IMG/VR virus record: IMGVR_UViG_3300027653_000004
Coordinates: 1-39,286 of that record
Origin: a virus
Direction: 5' to 3' (one strand)
Length of the DNA: 39,286 bases
The notes under the pieces are model-generated. The model was not told where the DNA came from. It worked only from the letters and a program-made list of their open reading frames with translations, and made no database searches. Every line of letters begins with the position of its first letter. Positions within the stretch are counted from its first letter, which is position 1. Shown here in pieces: positions 34,600-39,286 of the stretch. Made by a program: the position numbers and the translations under genes.

Positions 34600-34613
34600 G
34601 TGTGGCCTCCTAT

Positions 34614-34691
34614 CTAGTAGTTCAGCCCTCTACGTTTTGCTTCAATTTTCATAGCTTCCAAAGGCAGATCTTCATACCCAAGCGAAGGCAC
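34614..34691 (-). CDS. Possible 25-aa leader peptide upstream of the LysM gene
   Basis: GTG 6 nt after AAAAAGGAGGT. The peptide is (M)PSLGYEDLPLEAMKIEAKRRGLNY, and its stop is 14 nt before the LysM ATG. Confidence 0.25.
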   Translation of the reverse strand: MPSLGYEDLPLEAMKIEAKRRGLNY

Positions 34692-34788
34692 GTGCTACCT
34701 CCTTTTTTAGTGACGGTCCCGGCAACCGTCACACTTGGGATCCTTTTCTCTTCTGTCTGTTTGCTTACCGTCGCCGGGTCACGGTAGC

Positions 34789-34875
34789 TGGCGGGGCGGG
34801 CGGGAATCGAACCCGCTACAGGCTTCCCCCTTTTATCGGCGCGCCGTGCCTACGTTACCATTACGCCACCGCCCC
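34789..34875 (-). tRNA. tRNA-like gene, 87 nt, with a non-canonical anticodon/variable region (no anticodon assignable)
   Basis: The minus strand reads GGGGCGG-UG-GCGU-AAUGGUA-ACGU-A-[34 nt]-GCGGG-UUCGAUU-CCCGC-CCGCCCC-G-CCA. The acceptor, D and T arms are canonical. The central 34 nt (GGCACGGCGCGCCGAUAAAAGGGGGAAGCCUGUA) gives only a 4-bp AGGC/GCCU helix. Confidence 0.6.
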
Positions 34876-34885
34876 TTGCACTACT

Positions 34886-34914
34886 ATGCTAGCTTACTGC
34901 CGCCCTCCTGTCAA
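34886..34914 (-). promoter_or_regulatory. Promoter of the tRNA-like gene
   Basis: On the minus strand, TTGACA (34914-34909), 17 nt, then TAGCAT (34891-34886). The -10 box ends 10 nt before the tRNA-like 5' G. Confidence 0.6.
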
Positions 34915-35005
34915 ACACCTATCCGATGGGCTCGGGTTTTATTTTTGTTTTGTCGGTATAGGTTTCTCCCTCCTTGTCCATACTATGATCGCAACTTCTT
35001 TAACT

Positions 35006-35100
35006 CTCTCCCCTCCCCCGCCTCTTAGGATCGGCAGGGGTGTGCCCGAATCCCGCTCCCCAAAGGGCAGGGGGGAGGCTAACCGCGGGGTGGGGGAGAG
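35006..35100. repeat. G/C-tract-rich long-range inverted repeat (structured element)
   Basis: CTCTCCCCTCCCCCGC (35006-35021) pairs with GCGGGGTGGGGGAGAG (35085-35100). 15 of 16 positions pair (14 Watson-Crick plus one G.U) with one mismatch. The 63-nt interior has further G and C runs. Confidence 0.6.
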
Positions 35101-35152
35101 GCTTCTAACGCTTGTCGATCCTTCGTCCCGTCTCCGTCCTGTTGGCACTCCT

Positions 35153-35401
35153 TTATCTAGGCCGGATACTCCATCGGTACCCCCCATTATCGTAAATGGC
35201 AAAGTATTCCCGGCTAGCTATCCGATCGGTACTGTTTGGGTGCCGGAACGTTGCCCTGCCTTTTTTCCCGTACCATGTTTTACGGTAACGGGGGTGAGAG
35301 TGAACGATCTTTTGTGCTTCCTCAATAGAATCCGCCCTTCCGATCTTTTCCCCCGTAAAAAATACTCGAAACACTAAGCCGTCACTTCCTTTCGTATCCA
35401 T
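35153..35401 (-). CDS. Hypothetical early protein
   Basis: 82 aa, the last ORF of the contiguous early operon. SIEEAQKIV resembles TLEEAQKHC in 37665..37850. Confidence 0.5.
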   Translation of the reverse strand: MDTKGSDGLVFRVFFTGEKIGRADSIEEAQKIVHSHPRYRKTWYGKKGRATFRHPNSTDRIASREYFAIYDNGGYRWSIRPR

Positions 35402-35667
35402 GACCGGGATTCCAACACGTCCCTAATCACTTCGTCTACCGTACCAAACACTCTCGAAAGATCTCCGTCTCCGTCAACCGTTGTCCTTGAATTTTTGTCC
35501 ACGACTTCTACAGACACAAAGGCGGGGGAGAGACGGCGGAGTAGCGCCGTCTCTGCTTCCTCCTCAAAGGCTTCTTTGACCCCGTCAAGGTCCACACTGT
35601 TCGGGTCTACATTTTCCGGGAGGGACCGAAGGAGCCGTGAGGCGTGGACGCGTACCATTACATGCAC
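35374..35667 (-). CDS. Hypothetical early protein (acidic)
   Basis: 97 aa. Its ATG lies 2 nt after the upstream stop. Confidence 0.5.
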   Translation of the reverse strand: MHVMVRVHASRLLRSLPENVDPNSVDLDGVKEAFEEEAETALLRRLSPAFVSVEVVDKNSRTTVDGDGDLSRVFGTVDEVIRDVLESRSWIRKEVTA

Positions 35668-35668
35668 G

Positions 35669-36022
35669 TTAGCTTTGCACCGCCGCTTCTTCCTCTAGAC
35701 GTTGTTTGATTGCCTCCCGTACCCCTTCGATAGCGGAGATCGCTCCGCGTTGTACTTCTAGGTCCCAAGGATCCGCTTCGAGATCTTTATTCGTCCGTAC
35801 GGAGGAGAGGACCTTAACCAAATACTCATCAAGATCCGTAAGGGAATCGAAGTCATTAAAGGCTATAGCGACAACGGTTTCTTCCAATACCGTTATGAAT
35901 CCCTCTTTTATAGCGACGGCCGCAGGTGTGGGAGGAAGATTGTCGCTAGCTTGCCGGACAGAGTAGATCTGTCGAATTAAATACATTGCAAAGTCAAGCA
36001 CTGCATGCTTGTTATTGGTCAT
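35669..36022 (-). CDS. Hypothetical early protein, paralog B
   Basis: 117 aa. It shares F(D/E)(S/T)L(T/E)DLDE(Y/H)L and the C-terminal ..AVQ(S/N) with 36024..36368. Confidence 0.55.
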   Translation of the reverse strand: MTNNKHAVLDFAMYLIRQIYSVRQASDNLPPTPAAVAIKEGFITVLEETVVAIAFNDFDSLTDLDEYLVKVLSSVRTNKDLEADPWDLEVQRGAISAIEGVREAIKQRLEEEAAVQS

Positions 36023-36023
36023 T

Positions 36024-36368
36024 TTAATTTTGCACCGCCTTTTCTTTTTGGATCTCCCGTTGCCGTCTAGCTACCATCTCCCGCATAGCTTTGCAAGCAT
36101 TGAACACTCCTTTCTGAAACACTCTCCCGCGTTCGTCTCCTCCGAAGGGATTCAACAAAAAAAGCGCCGCGGAGAAGTTAAACAAGTGTTCGTCCAAGTC
36201 TTCGAGAGTTTCAAAATGGCCCGCTTCAATGTCTCGAAGGACTAAAGACGTGACTTGCAGGTACCCTTCAGTCAACATATCCACGTGTTCGTTACGGCCG
36301 GGAACGGTTTCGCCATGACGTTTTATGTACTCCTCCGCGTAGCTTACCTGTCGTACGATCTCTTTCAC
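36024..36368 (-). CDS. Hypothetical early protein, paralog A
   Basis: GTG start. 114 aa. See paralog B. Confidence 0.55.
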   Translation of the reverse strand: MKEIVRQVSYAEEYIKRHGETVPGRNEHVDMLTEGYLQVTSLVLRDIEAGHFETLEDLDEHLFNFSAALFLLNPFGGDERGRVFQKGVFNACKAMREMVARRQREIQKEKAVQN

Positions 36369-36397
36369 TTTACAGTACCGCCTTTCAAGTGTCCTAG

Positions 36398-36431
36398 AAG
36401 AAGGGCAGGAGAGTGCCTGCCCTTCTTCTGG
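36398..36431. repeat. 14-bp-stem hairpin AGAAGAAGGGCAGG/CCTGCCCTTCTTCT
   Basis: Perfect inverted repeat with a 6-nt loop between genes 36435..37223 and 36024..36368. There is no U-tract in the gene (minus) orientation. GGTTTTTA follows on the plus strand. Confidence 0.6.
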
Positions 36432-36434
36432 TTT

Positions 36435-37223
36435 TTAATATACGGGGTCCAATTCGTCTACAAGAGAGACGTATTCATTCGGTAGGTAAGACTTCAGAGA
36501 CTCGATAAGGGATTCGTACCCGTAAAAGCCTCCCGCAGTGTCGAGAGTTTCCGGTTTTAAGGACCCGCATTCGGAGCAAGTGTGAGTCTCCATCAAGGTA
36601 AAACCGTACACTTCTCCGCGCAGGTAGCTGTCGTACTCTTTCACTTCACCGCGCAAATACTTTTCCGGGTCCGTTATCCCTTCCCGCTTCGCAGTCTCCG
36701 CGGTCATGTAAATGTAGCCTACTTGACCGCTATCCCAAGGGCAGGAGAATCCCTCGGTATTCATGGAGAGGCCTCCGTGGTCGTAAAGGTATAGCGGAAG
36801 GATCGTAAGATCATCCGGCAAGAGACCCCACAAAAGATCGGGGGACAGCTCGATATTCCTATCGTCTCCGCTTACGATCTGGTCAATCCAAATGCTACGA
36901 TCATACTCCGCTTCGTCTTTTGTTTCGTGCAAGTAGGATTCTTCCGGGCACTCCTTGAGGAAAACTGCCCATTCGTCCCCGCGCTGTTCCATGAGGACCT
37001 GGTTTTCTGCCCATTCGTAAAGCCCATCGACGTTATGCGTCGTTACAAGGCCCAAGAGGAAGTCCGACGGGTCCGAATACCCGTGTACGTCCCCAAGGAT
37101 ATACCTATCGTGCCAACATACCATTACTCCCGCAGGGTCAAAATGCTTCCTCGGATCAAAGGGAGAATCTTCTACCCACACTTGCAAAAGGGCTTTACCC
37201 TTCCGCGCCTCTTCCATAACCAT
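36435..37223 (-). CDS. Conserved-looking early protein of unknown function
   Basis: 262 aa. RBS AAAGGAGAA. The motifs LPLYLYDHGGLSMNT..FSCPWDSGQVGYIY and a CSECG pair look domain-like, but I cannot name a family. Confidence 0.6.
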   Translation of the reverse strand: MVMEEARKGKALLQVWVEDSPFDPRKHFDPAGVMVCWHDRYILGDVHGYSDPSDFLLGLVTTHNVDGLYEWAENQVLMEQRGDEWAVFLKECPEESYLHETKDEAEYDRSIWIDQIVSGDDRNIELSPDLLWGLLPDDLTILPLYLYDHGGLSMNTEGFSCPWDSGQVGYIYMTAETAKREGITDPEKYLRGEVKEYDSYLRGEVYGFTLMETHTCSECGSLKPETLDTAGGFYGYESLIESLKSYLPNEYVSLVDELDPVY

Positions 37224-37249
37224 TGCGGCATTCTCCTTTCCTTTTGCAC

Positions 37250-37279
37250 AAGGGCAAGGAGTGTGGTACCCTTGCCCTT
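37250..37279 (-). other. 5'-UTR stem-loop AAGGGCAAGG/CCTTGCCCTT
   Basis: Perfect 10-bp stem between promoter P5 and the RBS of 36435..37223, with no U-tract. Confidence 0.55.
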
Positions 37280-37288
37280 CCTACCTTA

Positions 37289-37317
37289 ATGCTACCATAC
37301 TATTACTAGCATGTCAA
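37289..37317 (-). promoter_or_regulatory. Early promoter P5
   Basis: On the minus strand, TTGACA-17-TAGCAT. The 35-bp block 37284-37318 matches 37576-37610 with 2 mismatches. Confidence 0.65.
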
Positions 37318-37550
37318 GCCTTAACCGGAAAAATGTAAACGAAACAGGTTCCGGGCATTCCATAATCGGGGGAATGAACGAAGCCCGCTTCCCGGTAGTC
37401 AACAGGAGATCCGTACTTTTTTTCGAGGGCTACTGCTTGCATGAGATCGTCTTCATCCTCTTGTGAGTAAGAGAAGGAAGAAGAATCCCCATTAAACAAG
37501 TAGGAAGCCCAATGGGACGGAGCGATCACTTCAACAAAGTTACCGTTCAT
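37314..37550 (-). CDS. Hypothetical early protein (acidic)
   Basis: 78 aa with IAPSHWASYLFNGDSS..EDEDD. It has its own promoter, P4. Confidence 0.55.
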   Translation of the reverse strand: MNGNFVEVIAPSHWASYLFNGDSSSFSYSQEDEDDLMQAVALEKKYGSPVDYREAGFVHSPDYGMPGTCFVYIFPVKA

Positions 37551-37580
37551 TATCCGTTACCCCCTTCGTTTTCTGCCTTA

Positions 37581-37609
37581 ATACTACCATACTATTACTA
37601 CCATGTCAA
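37581..37609 (-). promoter_or_regulatory. Early promoter P4
   Basis: On the minus strand, TTGACA-17-TAGTAT. Confidence 0.65.
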
Positions 37610-37610
37610 G

Positions 37611-37648
37611 GAAGAAAAAAATAAAAGGGCAAGGTTTCCCCTGCCCTT
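37611..37648 (-). terminator. Intrinsic terminator after 37665..37850
   Basis: The minus strand reads AAGGGCAGG-ggaaa-CCTTGCCCTT followed by TTATTTTTTTCTTC. Confidence 0.75.
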
Positions 37649-37664
37649 GAAGCGTTAACTTTGG

Positions 37665-37850
37665 TCATTCTTTCGTGTACCCGTCGAACCAACGTACACC
37701 TTTCCGGGTAGGCTTGCCCGTCCCGGATATGCTACTTGTGGCAGGATCCTTGCAGTGTTTTTGCGCTTCTTCCAACGTAAGGCCCCGTCGCATGACCCGC
37801 TTCCGTCCATCCTCATAAAGCCGTACAATCTTGTAAGTCTCCTCCACCAA
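37665..37850 (-). CDS. Hypothetical small early protein
   Basis: 61 aa. The start is TTG 37850 or GTG 37847, after GGGGAGG. It contains YKIVRLYEDGRKRVMRRGLTLEEAQKHC. Confidence 0.55.
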   Translation of the reverse strand: MVEETYKIVRLYEDGRKRVMRRGLTLEEAQKHCKDPATSSISGTGKPTRKGVRWFDGYTKE

Positions 37851-37882
37851 AACCGCCTCCCCTTTTTCCTTTTGGTACTACC

Positions 37883-37911
37883 AGTATACTACTACGTCAT
37901 GAGAAAGTCAA
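37883..37911 (-). promoter_or_regulatory. Early promoter P3
   Basis: On the minus strand, TTGACT-17-TATACT. Confidence 0.65.
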
Positions 37912-37937
37912 GGGGAAAGTTTTCACGCCTTCCCCTT
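37910..37937 (-). terminator. Hairpin after 37948..38172 overlapping the P3 -35 box
   Basis: AAGGGGAA/TTCCCCTT 8-bp stem, then GACTTTCTC on the minus strand, so the U-tract is modest. Confidence 0.45.
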
Positions 37938-37947
37938 GTGCGATCTC

Positions 37948-38172
37948 CTACAGGATAATCCCGTAACGTCCTACGGTGTTTCCGTTTACGTCCTGCACGT
38001 TCCCAGATTCGTTACCTGCTTCTACCGCGTCGGCAATGTCCCTTAACTGTCTAGCTAGTTCGGCGTTACGGTTAAGATCATACGCCGCGTTGCCTGTCTC
38101 TATGCGAACAGTAAATACAACGTTCGCCTGCAACGCTTCCAACAGTTGATCATCCGTCATCTTCTTTGGCAT
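37948..38172 (-). CDS. Hypothetical small early protein
   Basis: 74 aa. RBS AAGGAGGG 7 nt upstream. It has its own promoter, P2. Confidence 0.55.
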   Translation of the reverse strand: MPKKMTDDQLLEALQANVVFTVRIETGNAAYDLNRNAELARQLRDIADAVEAGNESGNVQDVNGNTVGRYGIIL

Positions 38173-38233
38173 GTTTCATCCCTCCTTAATTGTAATGCCC
38201 TTGTCCCTTAGCGACATCCCCTTTCTATGTACC

Positions 38234-38262
38234 ATTATACTACCATAGAACAGGGAAGTCAA
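38234..38262 (-). promoter_or_regulatory. Early promoter P2
   Basis: On the minus strand, TTGACT-17-TATAAT. Confidence 0.65.
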
Positions 38263-38268
38263 GGGATA

Positions 38269-38294
38269 AATTGAAGTCAATTGAGGTGAATTGA
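38269..38294. repeat. Three AATTGA boxes phased at exactly 10 bp
   Basis: AATTGA at 38269, 38279 and 38289, immediately upstream of the P2 -35 box. Confidence 0.7.
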
Positions 38295-38302
38295 TCTTTT
38301 AT

Positions 38303-38545
38303 CTAGTTCTGCATGGTAGTGCTCACTATAAGGCGGTATAGGAGGGAAACAATTGCAACAAAGGCCGTAGTGACGAGGAAAACGAATATTATAAGAGTTA
38401 TAAGGCTAATCGCGTAAGCCCTGGTTTTCTTCTTGTACGGTACAATGGGGAGGATATATAGGTATATAGGATATAGGTAATCCCTTGTCCCATAAGGGCT
38501 TGCTTCGGTAGTACTAACTATCGGTTTTTCCTTATAGTTATTCAT
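38303..38545 (-). CDS. Doubtful ORF: hydrophobic 80-aa protein in an AT-rich, repeat-dense island
   Basis: It has no RBS, its start lies in a 10-bp tandem duplication, and its composition is atypical for this genome. It may be a small membrane protein or a chance ORF across an origin-like region. Confidence 0.3.
   Translation of the reverse strand: MNNYKEKPIVSTTEASPYGTRDYLYPIYLYILPIVPYKKKTRAYAISLITLIIFVFLVTTAFVAIVSLLYRLIVSTTMQN
38456..38477. repeat. Three ATATAGG iteron-like repeats
   Basis: ATATAGG at 38456-38462, 38464-38470 and 38471-38477. Related TATAGG/TATAAG words occur at about 38327-38341. Confidence 0.7.
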
Positions 38546-38561
38546 AGTTATTCATAGTGAC
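38535..38561. repeat. 10-bp tandem repeat ATAGTTATTC, 2.7 copies
   Basis: atagttattc atagttattc atagtga. Confidence 0.8.
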
Positions 38562-38620
38562 GGTAGTACGGGAGGCTAGATATAGCCAAAAGACATAAAT
38601 AATATCCGTTCGTAGTTTTT

Positions 38621-38689
38621 GTGGGTATGTGGACAAGGTGCTAGATGTTTCATCTAGCTAATCGGTATTGTCCTTGTCCACATATCCAC
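38621..38689. repeat. 18-bp-arm inverted repeat enclosing a second 7-bp inverted repeat
   Basis: GTGGGTATGTGGACAAGG (38621-38638) pairs with CCTTGTCCACATATCCAC (38672-38689), with 1 mismatch. The inner pair is GCTAGAT (38640-38646) with ATCTAGC (38652-38658). Confidence 0.8.
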
Positions 38690-38726
38690 AAAAAAAAGAA
38701 GCCCGCGATATAGCAGGCTTCTTTTT
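38690..38726. terminator. Bidirectional intrinsic terminator after the first early gene
   Basis: A8-GAAGCC(C)GC-gatata-GC(A)GGCTTC-T5. In the minus orientation the hairpin is followed by TTTTTTTT. Confidence 0.8.
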
Positions 38727-38745
38727 AAAACACTTGTGGGATTGT

Positions 38746-39063
38746 CTAGCTAAGATTTATTTTCCAGAATCCGAAATCGCTTCCATCGCCTTCATGTGCT
38801 CCAAAATAATGATCGTCAGGTGCGTGATCTTGCAATGCGTCAAACAGATCTTCTAATAGATAATGCGCGTCTTCGCTTTCCCAGAACTCGTGATCGTCAT
38901 TATCCTGCGCGTCGGACGGGATTAGCGGAAATACTGTCGTGATAAACGCAGTATAGTGTGGGGATTGTAGATCACGAAGTAGGCCGATAAATGCAGGGAT
39001 CAGATCTTGTGTTCTATGCGTGGAGCGGATAACTGTCCCTGGTTCTGCGATTTTGAATATCAT
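38746..39063 (-). CDS. First leftward early gene: strongly acidic 105-aa protein
   Basis: RBS GAAAGGAAG. By hand count there are 20 Asp+Glu against 5 Lys+Arg. DAQDNDDHEFWESEDAHYLLEDLFDALQDHAPDD. Confidence 0.65.
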   Translation of the reverse strand: MIFKIAEPGTVIRSTHRTQDLIPAFIGLLRDLQSPHYTAFITTVFPLIPSDAQDNDDHEFWESEDAHYLLEDLFDALQDHAPDDHYFGAHEGDGSDFGFWKINLS

Positions 39064-39101
39064 TGTCTAGCACTTCCTTTCTGTTTTTACTTCCTGCTAC
39101 C

Positions 39102-39130
39102 ATACTACCATGATCCCTTTATGATGTCAA
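39102..39130 (-). promoter_or_regulatory. Early promoter P1
   Basis: On the minus strand, TTGACA (39130-39125), 17 nt, then TAGTAT (39107-39102). A TCTAGCAC box (39066-39073) lies between the RBS and the ATG of the downstream gene. Confidence 0.65.
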
Positions 39131-39159
39131 CCATTAATTCAAAATATCTAGATTCCCGC

Positions 39160-39286
39160 CCCTGCTCCTGCTTCCCGGAATCCCCCGTAGGGGGGGGAGG
39201 GATCGAGGGGACCCGAATGGGTCCCTTCCGCCGGGGGGTGTTATAGAGCACACACAGCCGTAAAAATTTTTGGTTTCGTTTTCACC
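39160..39286. repeat. 127-bp direct terminal repeat, right copy
   Basis: Exact copy of 1-127. Confidence 0.9.

Noticed and set aside
34789-34875. tRNA-like sequence as an attP/integration core
   Set aside because: No integrase or recombinase gene was found in the genome. The element is a full-length tRNA-like unit with its own promoter, not a 3' tRNA fragment.
34602-35377. Plus-strand ORFs 34602..34787, 34735..35028 and 34886..35377
   Set aside because: They are Pro/Arg/Leu-rich low-complexity products spanning the tRNA-like gene, its promoter and the G/C-rich structured element, with no RBS. They are more plausibly non-coding.

Overview
The window is a complete, tightly packed dsDNA phage genome with no host flanks. 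Bases 1-127 repeat exactly at 39160-39286, so the unit length is 39159 bp. 127 bp matches a common assembler k-mer, so this is probably a circular-closure overlap rather than a proven physical terminal repeat.

There are four transcription blocks:
- 273-3199 (+): a small operon with two orphan DNA methyltransferases, zinc-motif proteins and a stand-alone CodY-type HTH protein.
- 3345-22529 (+): the late operon. It runs small/large terminase, portal, scaffold, major capsid, adaptor/nozzle-like proteins, a repeat-rich tail fibre, three internal-virion-like proteins (one of 1351 aa), a YvrJ-like protein, an M15 endolysin and a holin. The order and sizes look podovirus-like.
- 22675-30240 (-): the replication/recombination operon. 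It encodes an SNF2 helicase, family A DNA polymerase with an N-terminal UDG-like domain, a Cas4-like nuclease, an AAA_24 ATPase, a DUF669-like SSB and VRR-NUC. The divergent 30324-32860 (+) unit encodes an Xis-type HTH and a primase-helicase.
- 32857-39063 (-): a leftward early arm of about 18 small ORFs, mostly of unknown function.

Strong GGAGG RBSs, TTGACA-17-TAnnnT promoters, the CodY HTH, the YvrJ-like protein and LysM suggest a Bacillota host (inference). No integrase, CRISPR array, reverse transcriptase or transposase was seen.

Most notable observations:
- An 87-nt tRNA-like gene with its own promoter. It has perfect acceptor, D and T arms and an encoded CCA, but no recognisable anticodon arm.
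- A sensor-less CodY DNA-binding domain lying directly before a near-consensus promoter that runs straight into a strong intrinsic terminator ahead of the terminase genes. This resembles the lambda PR'-tR' layout.
- An over-represented TCTAGCAC box concentrated in control regions, including a perfect 10-bp-arm palindrome.
- A structural ORF that continues in the +1 frame across a G6-A3-C4-TAA cluster.
- An AT-rich, repeat-dense, origin-like island.
- A set of early cassettes with separate promoters, the first encoding a strongly acidic protein.
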